A stretch of 64,000 bases of DNA from the human T2T-CHM13v2.0 reference genome, Homo sapiens, in assembly GCF_009914755.1 (NCBI RefSeq), contig NC_060925.1. The stretch is one strand, 5' to 3'. Of this stretch, positions 45,071 to 59,743 are shown in pieces. Position numbers and translations under genes: made by a program. Under the pieces are notes generated by a model. It saw only the letters and a program-made list of their open reading frames with translations. It searched no databases and had not been told where the DNA came from. How positions within the stretch are numbered: the stretch's first letter is position 1; each line of letters opens with the position of its first letter.

Positions 45071-45964
45071 CACCTCCTACCTTTTTCTTTGTATTTCTTA
45101 GTAAAAAAATTTTTCCCTTCCCTCACTTCAGGCATCCTATTAAAATTTTTGATGGTTTTATATAGTGTTCATGCTTTTCTAGATAGGGTATTCATCTTTA
45201 TTTTTTATTGTTCTTTTAGTTTAGGTTATTTTACAGTTATATTTTCAAACTCCTTATTGCTGATCTTAAAAGCCGTTGCATTTTAAACTTTTTAATTAAC
45301 CATCTTATTCTACATTTGGTAGATTAAAGCATTTTAAATTTATTCTCTTGGGTATTTTAGTTATACAGCCATTTCATTTGCACTTCTTAATTTATTCAGT
45401 AAATACTCATCATGCAAATACTGGAATGGCTGAGAAAAGAGACATTGACTAGAATATTAATAAGTTTCTTTGCAGTGGGGACCTTTTGGTGAGTATAGAC
45501 ATGGGAAAATATTCTTACATATTGAGCTCCTTCAAGAAGGCCTAACGTGCTTCTTTCCCATAACTTTTTGCCTCGTGTCTTCTAAGTCCTTGACCATTCC
45601 TTCTTTTTTTTTCCTGTTAATCAGTGAGGATCATAGCACACATAGCACCTCACTTTTCAGGCAAAATAGACTAGAAATTGTTTCTTCAGGGAAGACTTTC
45701 TGTCTACAGTCTTTCAGGTACCTCAAAATGGGGTTTTTGCATTACAGCACTCCACTCTGGCTGGTGTCAGCTGAAAACTGGGCTAATTTATTTTCATCCT
45801 AAGTGAACTTGTTCATAGAGAAATCTCATGTGACCGTAGACTTGGGTTGACGGTGGGCTAATAAAATGGGGGAAAGAAGCGATCTGGGGTGTGTGTTCAC
45901 TGCTCATGCAGTTTGCTTGTGCCTTCAGATCTTAATTGGGACATAATATAAGTATGACTTCCTT

Positions 45965-46600
45965 TTGATTCATTCATTTATTCAACAAATATTTATTGAA
46001 TGATTACTAGGTGCCAGGCAAATATTACTGTCATCATGGGGCTTACATTCTAGGTGGAGAGAAACCAACAATGAACAAAACAAATACACAGAATGTTAGG
46101 TGATAAAGAAAGTGAGTGTTCAAGCCACGCTGATATTTATGTAGGCAGAGGTAAGTTAGAAGGTTGTAGATGGGAGCGGCTTATGTGTTTGAAGTTTAGA
46201 AAGGAGGCAAGTGGGGCTGGAGGTGGATGAGTGAGACGGGGTGGTAGGAAATGGGGTAAAGAGAGCTACTGTTGCTGCAACAGCAAGAAAGCTGATTGGG
46301 GAGGGTCTTGTGAGCCAGGGATGATGAAAGGGAACATGATAGAAGGATTAGCATCTGAAAGTGGGGGCCACTGACTGTAAGTAAAATAAAGGATAGTGTG
46401 ATTGAGATATTGGAGAGTGAGCTAGGGTAATTCCTTTACACACAAGGAGGATGGGAGGACGCCTCCTCTATTGCAACCAAATGGAAAAAGGAAAATGTGG
46501 GCAGCTGTGGTTATGTCTGTACTTTTAGCGGTAGAGAGTTAAGGGATTCTTCATTTACTGACTTTATTCTCTCCAGGAAGTAGAAGATAAAGTATTTGCT
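45965..46600 (-). mobile_element. L2 remnant
   Basis: ttcattcatttattcaacaaatatttattgaatgattactaggtgccaggca classic L2 3' end. Confidence 0.75.
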
Positions 46601-47449
46601 GATAGTAATCATTTTCTCTTCTCATTTCCATTAGTTCTGTCTCTCATTCCTCTTCAAAGTTTTATTACTGTTGGCTAGGACTTCAGAACAATGCCTTTCT
46701 CCTAGTTGTGATGAAAATGCCTTTTGTGTTATACTATGCATATATTACTTACTGTTCATTTGTCCTGGTGAGGAATTATTTTATTTTAGATTTTAAAAAG
46801 ATTTTAAAGCATAACAAATAGGTGTGTAATTTTCTTGAGTGCCATTTTGGCATCTATTGAGATGATCACTTAAAAAACTCTTGGACATGTTTACCCTTAC
46901 ATTTATAGATTTCTTATTTAAGCATCCTTGCATTCCTAAGATATACTTGATTATAGCAATTAATACTTTTATTGTATTGTTGAAGTAATTCCACTAATTT
47001 ATGTTATTTGCATTTCATTGTCTCTGTATACATTTATTATTGTCAAGTTATTGAATCAAAGCTATACTAGTCAGCATAGAATAAGTTAGTAACTCTCCCT
47101 CTGCTTCTCTTTTACTTTCTTCTATTAGCTTTTGCAATTCTTAAAAGCCCAGGGATGCATTTTAGTCTCTCTTTCCAATTAAGGAGCGCTACTAGCCTTG
47201 TTTTTTACAAAGTGTATGTCTTTGACTCAGGGCTTCAGAACTAGCAGCTGTGGTAAGAGCTTAGGCAAGGTTAGACCTGGGGATGTGGTGGCACCTGGGT
47301 CCAGAGGTGTGGGATGTCAGGACACTCAGGGACTATTCAAAACCATGTGGATACTGAGTGTCCAATGCAGTGACTTTGTCATAACCCTAGAAAGTCTTAT
47401 AAAGAGATTGGCAGGCTCAGGACAGATACTATGTGGGAAACTAAAATGA

Positions 47450-47660
47450 TGAGTAGCTACCATTTTTTGAGCATAATCAGCATTATCAGCACTGCACATT
47501 TTGATGCTATTTTCATTTAGTCCTTACAAAATCTTCTGGGATAGATATTATGATTTCCTTTTAGAATAAGAGACCCATTTTAGAAAAAGAGACTTAAGCA
47601 ATTTATCCAAAGCCGCACTGTTGGTAGGAGTGGGGAATTTTACTCGTATCTGTATGATAC
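47450..47660 (-). mobile_element. MIR remnant
   Basis: agctaccattttttgagca...tttcatttagtccttacaa...ttaagcaatttatccaaag. Confidence 0.6.
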
Positions 47661-48221
47661 TGCTAATATTGCATTTTTAAAAGAGAAAACTCCTACGGCT
47701 TGCTTTTATATTTGCAGAATATATTGTATATTTTATAGTATATTTTTAATGTAAAGGAGAATAAATATATAAATATTAAATATTATTTGGTTAATTCAGA
47801 ATTACTATCTAATTTCCAACACAATGCCTATTTAGTAATATTTAACTGCTTGTCTCCATCTGCTGTTGTATTAGTTGCCAAACCGAGCCAAAAAATTAGA
47901 GGCCCTAAGCCTTATTCGGTGTAATTTGTTATAGGACATTTAGTACTTAGTACAGGAAAGCATTCCAGGAAATCACGTAGTATTGTGAGAAAGGTGAGGA
48001 AAATCATGGCTTCTTTTTTATTAATAAAGGTAAAAATTTTAAGTGCTAGGTCAAGGTAATTTGGTTTCAGAGAGGGACATTTCTGAAGGTGTGGCTTGGG
48101 AGGACAAGAGATGTACAAAACATTGATGAGGTCTTGGGTGATGACTGCAGTGTCATGAGCAAGGGAGCAGGAGAGGGTCTTTGTAAGACAATGGGACAGT
48201 TTCAGTGCGTTGTGGCTTCCT

Positions 48222-48375
48222 CCAGCGCCATGTTGAAACTGGCTTATGCCAGCTCCTAAGATCTGATTGTGTGCCTCTCTTTCCATGTCCATATTCAGTG
48301 ACATCATGATGGTAGCTAGAAATTAGTCATGGTTGGAGTATTTACACTTCAGAAATTGGCAAATACTACAAATCA

Positions 48376-48411
<36 letters not shown>

Positions 48412-48452
48412 CTCTAGGGAGCCAGTTGTTAAGCATTTACCAGGACACCACT
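48222..48452. mobile_element. MER63-like hAT MITE with internal T31 run
   Basis: ggagtatttacacttcagaaattggcaaatactacaaatca...gagccagttgttaagcatttaccaggacaccact. Confidence 0.75.
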
Positions 48453-48687
48453 AATTCCTCCTTTCTCAATACCTGATCTTACTGTTTACTGGTTAAGCCA
48501 TGTGTCAAACTGAGAAAGCAAATGTGCCTGAGGGTAATTTGATGAACTCCTGAGCACATTTAACGTATTACAGTGTTGCTAATTTAAGAAACAATCCATT
48601 TGGAATTTGATATGCCCCCTGAAGAAGGTGTTTTTTTTTTTTAAGACACCAGAATACAAGTCACTCTTTGCATTAAAAGTTACTGTA

Positions 48688-48992
48688 GGCTGGGAGCGAT
48701 GGGTCATACCTATAATCCCAGCACTTTGGGAGGCCAAGGTGGGCAAATTACTTGAGGTCAGAAGTTTGAGACCAGCCTGGCCAACATGGTGAAACCCCAT
48801 CTCCACTAAAAACACGAAACAGCCGGGCATAGTGGCACATACAGCTACTTGGGAGGCTGAGGCAGGAGACTCACTTGAACCCGGGAGGCAGAGGTTGCAG
48901 TGAGCCAAGCCCAAGATCACACCACTACACTCCAGCCTAGGTGACAGAGTGAGACTCTGTCTCAAAAAAAGAAAAGAAAGAAAGAAAGAAAG
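48688..48992 (+). mobile_element. Alu (AluSz/Sx-like) with (GAAA)n tail
   Basis: TSD aaagttactgt both sides. Confidence 0.95.
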
Positions 48993-50121
48993 AAAGTTAC
49001 TGTTGGCGGGTTATAACAGTAAAGTCTCTGGGTCAAGGTTAAGGACAAATGGTTTTGTCTCCTGGATAATTTTTCTGTTAAAATATCTCTCTAAATGCTA
49101 CTATATTGTTTACTCTGCTTTATTTCAATGACATTAGTATAAGAAAGGAAGATACTAAAATAAGAAATCACAAAGTAAATAAGTTAAGGGTAACTTTAAA
49201 TTACCAAAGTATTCTTTCTTTTGTAGAAGGTTTTCTTGCTATTTCTTCCTTTCATGGATGTTAAATGTATTATTCATTTAATTTACCACCTTTATATTGT
49301 ATCTATTACATAATGTAAAGGGTGTCCATGTTTTAAAATTTTTACATGACTTGGAATTTATTAGATAATTATCAGTATTGAGTATTTGGGATCCTTGGCT
49401 GGAATTGCTATAAATAATTATTTTAATAAAGAAAGATACCCAGTAACAGAAATCAGAAAACTTGTTTGGAGGCACCAAGTAAGCAATGAGGTAATGTGGA
49501 GACACAAAGTTCAGGCAGCAGGTCTGAGAAGAAAGGCTTGAGAAGGTGGTGAATCATCACATTCTGGGAGAGGGGCTCCACAATGGGGGTCATGTTTAGA
49601 GCAGCCTTAGAGCACTGTGAGTCTAGGCAGACTGAGCAAAAGGGAAGAGATGGATTCCTACAACAATACTCAGGAGTCACTAATATGAGAACAATGTCAA
49701 CTTTTCACCGATGAGATATTTTAAGGATGTTTATAGATTAGTTAGACTTTGTCTTGATTTCTGTACAATGTCAAGGACTTGTTCTCTAGTTTCATAAATT
49801 AGACTGATACATAGCAAAAACATTCAAATCTTGTTTTGAATAACAACATTGAAAACACTTTAAAACTACATTTCTCGCTTTGTTTTACATTTAAGTGTCT
49901 GAATTTAATTAAAATTGATATTTTAGAATAAGATAATCTGCTTTTGCAAAGGATTTATGTTTTTTTTTTTCCATTGTAACAAATTAACCTCATGGTAATA
50001 AATGTACTTCTGAAAACATTTCTTCTTAAACTACAGCTTTGACCTTGTTCTGCTTCACTGCTGGTTCCCTATTGCTGCTAAAGTGCAGGTTACAGAATTC
50101 ATAGTTTAAATCTCTTTAATA

Positions 50122-50640
<519 letters not shown>

Positions 50641-53600
50641 TCAACAGTTTCATCAAATTCTCTCACTATTGTTTTCTTTCTCTAGACACCTTTCCTTCTT
50701 CCTTTTAATAGAGTTTTTTTTTTTTCTTGAAATGAGCAATCGTTCTTTTTATGATTTTCTAAATGTTCAGTCATGGCATCTGTATAGAAGTCTAAGCACA
50801 GTGCTTTGAACATAACCAGGCACTCATTCAATGTTGAACTGTGTTCTCTTGCCACCTGGGCATCTAGCTCAGACACCAGCACCCCTGGCTGTGGTGTTTC
50901 AAGACCTTTCACTATCAGAGGTTGAAATTCTAATAGCATCAAGGTTTTTTTTTTGTTTGTTACATAACCAACCCACCTTCCAGGCATAAACAGAGATAAA
51001 AACTATCCTACTGAAATCCCTGTACAAACAAGTGGTGCATATACACTTGTCCCTCGGAGCTTGGCATCTCCTCCTTGATTTCTGATAAGCCAAGGAATTT
51101 CCATGGTCCCCATGGAGTGTCAGACAGTTCTCAAGCACATAATTTTAAATCTGGAAAATGTAACTATCAAAATAAATTAAAATATATTTTGTGGAGGAGT
51201 TGGATAATGAGAATGATGAATTTTCTAAAAAGTTTGAGGATCACTGGAATAGAAGTGTTCAAAGGCATTTACCTTTTGGGCAGATGCTTTGTAATATTTT
51301 TCCTTGAATATTGGACACAATGTAATAAATAAATGAATCTCCAAAGTTCCCAGTTGGAAAAACATGCTTATTAGATGGAGAGAGATGCAGATACATCATA
51401 CATATATTAAGGTCGGACTTGGTCCAAATATTCCCACATTTGTAACCTATTTCATTGAGAGGTCAAAATGGTTCACTTTCTGAAATCTTATAAGCCTTGT
51501 TTTTGAGGGGAAAAAAAGGTAGTTGGTGCTATCTGGGACTGTCATTCAGACCTACTTTAAATCTTATTTGATTGTGTTTTTTCAGGTCACTGTTCTTTTA
51601 ATATTTGCATAGCTTAATAGATTCAACTTACCTTTATTTTATGCCTGGTTATTGGGATACCACTGTGAATTGCTGGTTATGTTAATTTTTTCTTCCTTTT
51701 TTTTCCTTACTGACAACACCCCAAAACTTATTTTTAACCCACTTTCTTTTGTTACTTTTTTTCCTTGGCTTAAGCATTGATTACACATTTATTAATAGAC
51801 AAAATTTCTAGTAGTCAATTATGTACCTTCCAATATTGAGATCAATTTTTGCTCAATTCTCAAAATTTTGAGAAAAGCAACTGATCCAAATTTTATTTCT
51901 TCACAGTTAAATCACTGCCTTTTAACACCACATACATTTCCATTTATTAGGGAAATTACTAAATCAAAGGTATTATATTTCTCTTTGAAGTAAATGAAGA
52001 AATAATATATTTCAGTAGAATTACCACTCATGATTGTGAGGTTAAAGTGATTTTTGAATTGGTGATTATTTGTTCTATTTTAGGTTTATTTGTCTCTTGT
52101 CTATTTTTGGAGGAGATATGGAGGTTTGTAGCTGCCTTGAGTTTCCAAACCAACGATTATACTTCTCTGAACTTAGTTCCATTTGGTCCATGTAATGTCT
52201 ACTCCAGAATTAATGTCTGCTAAAAGAGATCGGATGGAAGAAAGACAAGTTCCTTAGTTTTAGGACTTTTCTTTTTTCTATTCCCTTCCTCATTCCCATT
52301 TAGAAAAAATAGGTTGTCTTGAAATAGTTGATATTGAAGAGAACTAAAAGACAAACTGTAGAGTTGTTAATATCTGTTTAAATCTGAGAGGAAGAAGTAT
52401 AATTTTTTTAAAGTAAGAAAATGAATAGACTTGTTTTATATCACGCCTGGGTCTATAGTTGATAATAATTGTTACTTACCTACGCCTTCTTACTCTTATT
52501 GCTTCCCCTTGGGCCTCTAACAACAGAAATCATAGATCACAGATGCCCCTGTATTTGCATTTGTTAGATGAGTTGGAGTAGTCTGGAAGGCATTGTCTCT
52601 GTCTTCCCTTCCTCAGGGGGCATGCTTTATCCTTCCTGCTGCTACAGCCTGTCTTCCTCCCCATGATACTCTTATTGATCAGTAGTCACTGACCACGCAG
52701 AGAAGGACAGGTTATTTCATTTATTGCTGAATGATATGATCAGTGAGTTTAAGAAGTTGGTTGTTAGGGTGTCTGAACAGCTAAGAACAGACGATAATTG
52801 GGTTATTCTGCTGATTTATAAGATGGTTTTGTACTCACTCTAGGTGTTTATTTTTCAAAGTGAACTAACTTCTCATTAAGTACTTTTCAAATAATTGTGT
52901 TAGTTTAATATTAACAGTCTCCTGCAAGCCTGGTGGAATTTTTTTCTCATTATTTTCCCAAAGTGTATTTGTTTCATAAATTTTTATCTTTAAGTTTTTG
53001 CATTCATTTATTCATTCATCTCTTCATTAATGGATTTTGAATGCCTGCAGTGTGCTGCACAACAGAGAGGTTGCCAGTTTGTGTCTTGCAGACCATGTTT
53101 CAGTTGTTTTCCTGTTACTCTCATCTTGGCTAATATTTAAAGAGACCTGAGTTTTTCTTTTTAACCTCTGCATAATTAAAACACTGGATGGGATTGTTTC
53201 CCTCAGTTAGCTTCAGTTTTTACTGTTACATTACATTGCAATTTGGGGTGATGCAATTCTTTACAAGCACTATAAAAAGTTGGACTTAGAAAGAATGTAT
53301 CTCTGTAAGGCATGTTGAAAGCAACTTGAGAGTCTGTTCTTGGAAGAGTCTTTAATCTAAGGCATATCAACTACAATTTCCATTTTAAATGTCTATTTGC
53401 CCTTGTTTCTCTCATTCCCTATCAAAACCCTTTTTCTTGACATGTATATGATATACCTGACTTTTCATCATTGTACTATTTTAACATTTTTATTTTTCTG
53501 TGTACATGTCTACCAATATTTATATTAGATACCATGTAGGCATTTCATTGATCATGTACTAGTGCAGAATTCAGAATAAACATAAATATATTTAAATATG

Positions 53601-55206
53601 ATACTGGCTTATTTTGATTTAGAATGTAGGTGTAATCTTTAAAAATGGTCTCAATTGTTTATTATTGTCTAAATTGTTGTTTGCTTTAAAATAAAATTTT
53701 AAATTATTTTGTATCTGTGCTATTGAGATCATTAAACTTGAGTATTCATTAAAAAAACTCATGAAGAACACATACTTAACAAATGTTTATTGATTACCTT
53801 TCCTCATGTGAAAGCTGCATTTTTTTAGGTTTCTGAAGGATAAACAAAGCTACACATATGACAAAGTGCTTACACTAAGCGGGTTATACTATAGTGTCCA
53901 ACAGGTATGGTGAGCATATGTTCAAATTGAGGATGGCTAGGAAAAAAATTTACAAGACAAATACATGGTGGATTTAGCAAAGGTGGCTTGGGTATTTATT
54001 CTCACCTGTTGGGCACTACAGTATAACCCTTTTAATGCTTAGCCAAATCCTTAAATACTTCCTGGATACTATAATAGCAGAGTTACCCACAGGAGTGATA
54101 TGAAGAAATAATATGACTGAGGAAGGTATACATACTGCAACTGTAGAGTGAGGAAGAATAGTGGAGGTGAATGTTTAGAAGTCAGGCCTGGAGAATACTC
54201 CCCCTCAGGAAAAGTCAGCCCTCTTCCTCTTTGTGCCGCCCCACTTCTGGACTGAGATGTCTACCATAGAGTCCATCTTGGTGTGCTATTGACTGGTATA
54301 TTTGTGTTCATCCTAACAGGATGTTTGCTTCTCAAGGGCAGAGACCAGTGTGTAAAGCTTAATATCCTTGTTCATAGTATCCCTACTTTATGGGTTCATT
54401 GTTTTCCCCACATATTAATTAGGAAAGAAAGTGAATTTATTGAATGAACCCCTAACCAAACCACACATATTTCCCATTTCTGTGTCAGTGCTATCATTTT
54501 CTAATTATGCCCAACAGCAGTAACTTGTAATATGTATATAATAAAACTGAGTTTCTGTGGTTAAAGGAAAACACTCAGATATCAATACATATAAACCCAT
54601 ATGCCTTTTTTGCACAAGGGGGTTTGTGATTAAGGATGACATACTAAGATTTATATTTTGCTATTTTTTATATTGGAGGGTGACTTCTTTGCATTTTCGG
54701 TTATAAAAATCTGTTTGTATTTTTTGTTCATATGTTTGAATTGAGGATGGCTAGGTAAATGATTCACAAGACTAGTACAGAGTGGACTTAGCAAAGGTGG
54801 CTTGGGTATTTATTGAGCAAGCTGTTGGGGAAAGATATTTGATGTCTTAGATCCAGAATGTTTTTAAATGCTGCTCACTTGATTTTTTTTTTTTTTTTTT
54901 TTTTTTTTTATGGAATAAGGGATCTGATACTCTTTTTCTGCTTGGAGTCTGGACCTCAGTTACTGCTCTCTGAGATACTGGCACAGAGTTAAGCCTATTC
55001 CAAGGAACCATATGTTAAGTCCTAGTTATAAGTTGCTGAAATGAAAGTTGTAGAGATATACAGCAAACTTTTATGTAAGGAAATAAGCATATGCAAAACT
55101 AATACATGTATTTAAACTAACACAACCTCAAAGGAATGAAAGAACGTAAGTGGTACACCAGTGCAAAGGGAAATAATAGGTGAATATTAGATGTTAATTG
55201 AAAATT

Positions 55207-55915
<709 letters not shown>

Positions 55916-55930
55916 GGAAATTCTTGTTTT

Positions 55931-56538
55931 TGTCAACCAAAAATAAAATTCTAAGCCCACCAACCATTTGAATAGACCCCTCTTCTTGGCCAAGGGCATT
56001 CCAAAGTTAACCTGAGAAACTAGTTCAGGACATGATGGGGAGGGGTAGGGTAGTCATGCCTCATTATACCCACCTCCGTTTTGGAATTACCAATAGAACA
56101 GACTCTTTAACTCTGATAAGAAATATTTACAATCTATTATCTCTAAAACCTGCTACCTGGAGGCTTCATCTACATGATAAAACCTTGGTCTCCACAACTC
56201 TTACCTTAACCCAGACATTCCTTTCTATTAATTCTAAGTTTTTAGACAATAACTTAACTCTTTCAATCAATTGCCAATGGGGAAATCTTTGAATCTACCT
56301 ATGACCTGGAAGCCCCCTGCTTCCAATTGTCTCATTTTTCTGGACCAAACCAATCTATATCTGATATGTATTAACTGATGTCTTATGTCCTGAAATTGTA
56401 TAAATCATGTGTAGCCTGACCACCTTGGGCACATGTTTTCAGGATCTCCTGAGGGCTGTGTCATGGCCATTGGTCACTCATATTTAGCTCAGAATAAATA
56501 TCTTCAAACTTTTTATAGTTTGACTCTTTTTATCAACT
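55931..56538 (+). mobile_element. MER4-family (MER4B-like) ERV1 solo LTR
   Basis: tgtcaaccaaaaataaaattctaagccc...ggccaagggcattccaaagttaacctg; TATA-like tgtataaat ~56397; AATAAA 56493-56498; end tttgactctttttatcaac. Confidence 0.9.
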
Positions 56539-56688
56539 TTTTTTATGTAATGGGTGAGGATTAGAATGTCTTGGCTGATTACTAGTCTGGCTAAGAGGGA
56601 GTAATCATTTCCCCTATGAATGTATTATTGATTTTTGATAGAATAAATTCAATAAAGTATATTTTAAGAAAAAAAAAGTTGTTTGAAA

Positions 56689-57016
56689 CAGGGGTCAGCA
56701 ATCTATTTCTGTAAAGGGCCAGATATTTTAGGCTTTGCAGGACATAGTGTCTCTGTTGCAGCTACTCAACTCTGCTGTTGTACTGTGAAAGCAGCCACAG
56801 ACAATATATAAATGAATGGGTCTGGCTTTGTTCCAATAAACTTAATGGTCTCTGATATTTGAATTTCATACAGTCTTCACATGCCAGGAAACACTATTCT
56901 TAAATTTTTTTTCAGCCATTTAAAACAATAAAAACCATTCTTAGTTTAGAGACTGTACAAAAACAGATGTCAGATTGGGTTGGATTTAGCTCAGAGGCCA
57001 TATTTTGCCAACTTTT
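56689..57016. mobile_element. MER58B-like hAT-Charlie MITE
   Basis: caggggtcagcaa...ctgtaaagggccagat...ctactcaactctgctgttg...tttgccaac. Confidence 0.88.
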
Positions 57017-57024
57017 AAACAATG

Positions 57025-57027
57025 TAT

Positions 57028-57066
<39 letters not shown>

Positions 57067-57358
57067 TTTGTTTATTTATAGATGGGGTCTCACTCTGTCA
57101 CCCAGGCTGGAGTATAGTGGCGGGATCTCAGCTCACTGCAACCTCTGCTTCCCAGGCTCAAGCTATCCTCCCACTACCCGCTGCAGTGGCTGGGACCACA
57201 AGCGTGTGCCATCATGCCCAGCTAATTTTCTGTATTTTTGGTAGAGACAGAGTTTCACCATGCTGCACAGGCTGGTATCAAACTCCTGAGCTCAGCGATC
57301 CACCTGCCTTGGCTTCCCAAAGTGCTGGGATTACAGGTGTGAGCCACCATGCCCAGCC
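57025..57358 (-). mobile_element. Alu with (TTTA)n tail
   Basis: Dimeric antisense Alu. Confidence 0.95.
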
Positions 57359-57506
57359 TCAATTCCTTACTTAAAATACAATTAAATTTTTGTTAATTTT
57401 CAGATGATATAGTACTCTATAGTGCCTAAGGAATGTTGGTCCAATAATCACTTATTATTGTACAATATTGGAAATAAGTTGTCTTGGTGTGAGTTCATAT
57501 TAAAGT

Positions 57507-57854
57507 GTTTTTTTTTGTTTTCTTTTTTTTTGGTGTTTCTTTTTTTTTTTTTTTTTTTTTTTTTTTGAGGCAGGGTCTCACTCTGTCACCCAGGCTAGAA
57601 TGCAGTGGCAAAATCACGTCTCACTGAAGCCTTGACCTTCTGGGCTCAGGTGATCCTCCTGCTTCAGCCTCCCAAGTAGCTGGAACCATGGGAACACATC
57701 ACCATGCCTGACTGATTTTTTTTTAAAAATTATTATTTGTGAAGGGACCTCGCTGTGTTGCCCAGGCTGGTCTAGAACTCCTGGGCTCAAGTAATCCTAC
57801 TGCTTTAGCCTCCCAAAGTTTTGGGATCACAGGTATGAGCTACTGTGCCTGGCC
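57507..57854 (-). mobile_element. Alu (AluJ-like), long T tail
   Basis: Dimeric; TSD-like atattaaagtgtttt / atattaacgtttt. Confidence 0.94.
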
Positions 57855-58429
57855 TATATTAACGTTTTAATCCTCTATGAGAGTATCCTACATCATTGCA
57901 TTTTTTTTTCCAAGAAAAGAATGATGCAAAATTAGAGAAACCAATTATTTGCATTTTTGGTTCACAGGGTTTCATTTAAGAGACTATTGTATAGATAATA
58001 TATAGCACAGTTATATAAATGCATGGATAGTAAAGAGTTCAGAAACAGAACAGTTAACCATTGGAAAAAGTGTTAAATCCAGTAAGATGACAAATTCAAA
58101 TGTTTCATAAAGGAGAATTTCAGAAAATGGATTTTTGCAATTCACACTTTGTTATTGAAGTCAACTTCTTAAAAATCTTGTTTAGCAAGTAATTATGAGA
58201 TGTTATTTCAAAAATTTTAAATCCATTACATATCCTCATTCAACAATGAGGAAATGGGGGAAATGGAGGAAGTTGACCGTAGAAGCAGAGGATGAACAGG
58301 TAGAAGTTGAGTTGGTAGTCTAAGAGGTTTTTTCCTTTTTTTTGGTTTGAAAATTACTGAAAAGTGTCTTCCTAAAATGATTTTTATTTTTATCTCACTC
58401 GGAAACAAGAGACAAGAGGCTAAGATTGG

Positions 58430-58850
58430 GAATAATGGGGATTGGCGTGGGATGTTGGATAACCTACTTCATATAGGGTGATCAAAAGGACTTTCTAAGG
58501 AGGTGGCATTTCAGGTAAGATTCTAAGGATTAGCAGTGATACATATGGAAAGTGGGAGAGAATGTTCTAAACAGGAGGATTTGGTAAGTGCAGGAATCCC
58601 ACGGTAAGGCAGTTTAGCATGCTATAGGAAACTAAAGAAGACCGACATGGCTGGATCATAGTGAGAATGTAGGAGTGTGGTGCCTTGCGCAGCTGGAGAG
58701 ACAGGGAGGGGAAGATCTTGCAAGATCTGCAGTTTTAATTTTATTCTAATTGCAATGGAAGTCTCTCAAGAGTTTTAAGACAAGGACCATCATATTCTGA
58801 TTTACATTTTAAAATTTCTTTGTGCGTTTCAAAGACCATATTGTTAGGAA
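58430..58850 (-). mobile_element. L2 remnant
   Basis: ctttctaaggaggtggcattt...ttttattctaattgcaatggaag...ctgatttacatttt. Confidence 0.65.
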
Positions 58851-58855
58851 GCATT

Positions 58856-59200
58856 TGTTGGGGAGGCAAAACTTTTTCTCTGCTCTCTTAGTTCAGTTAC
58901 CTGGGGCCTGCAAATGAAACTGACAAAAGACAGATTAGCAAGAAAAAAGATATTTTTATTCATGTATGTACTAGAGTTCACAGAAAAATGTGACTCAAAG
59001 GGGTGGTTAGAATTTGGGACTTACCTACTATCTTAATAGGGAAAGGGGAGGGACAGAAGGGCACTTACTGGAAAGCAGTCAACTTTTTTGGAAGATAGGT
59101 GGGCCTTTGGGAGAACATGGGAGATATGATAGCTTTGTGACAATGTCTATTTTGGTGTGGTGTGGTATTTGGGGAGACTGGGGAGTTGTGCTAAGCTAAT
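58856..59200 (-). mobile_element. ERV1 LTR fragment (MER67/MER31-like)
   Basis: ggggcctgcaaatgaaactgacaaaagacagattagcaag. Confidence 0.55.
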
Positions 59201-59293
59201 GCTGATTGACAGGCATTCTTTCTCTGCTTATTTGCTGTTGGCTAGAAGATAAGGTAATTGTGAACTTGTGATAGGCATGTGCTTGAATATTCC

Positions 59294-59743
59294 TGTCTTA
59301 GTCCATTTGTGTTGCTGTAAAGGAATGCTGAGGCTGGATAATATATAAAGGAAAGAGGTTTATTTGGCTCATGGTTCTGAAGGCTGTACAAGAAGCATGG
59401 TGTCAGCAACTGCTTCTGATGAGACCCTTAGAAAGCTTCCATTCATGGCAGAAAATGAAGGGGAGCCAGCATGTGCAGAACATATGTCAAGACAGGAGGC
59501 AAGAGAGAAAGAGAGAAAGGAAAGAAGGATGAGGCTCTTTTTAACAACCAGCTCTTGGGGGAACTCTCATGGGAACTGATACAGCGAGAACTCACTCATT
59601 ACTGCCAGGATAGCACCAAGCCATTCAGGAGGTATCTGCTTCATGACCCAAACACCTCCCATTAGGCCCCACCTCCAACACTGGGGATCAGATTTTAACA
59701 TGAGACTTGGTGGGACCAAACAAACGATATGCAAACCATAGCA
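59294..59743 (-). mobile_element. MSTB-like MaLR solo LTR
   Basis: tgtcttagtccatttgtgttgct...aaaccatagca; 5-bp TSD attcc / atgcc. Confidence 0.9.

Noticed and set aside
58507-58520. cag|gtaaga recursive-splice-like motif
   Set aside because: No polypyrimidine tract; inside L2.
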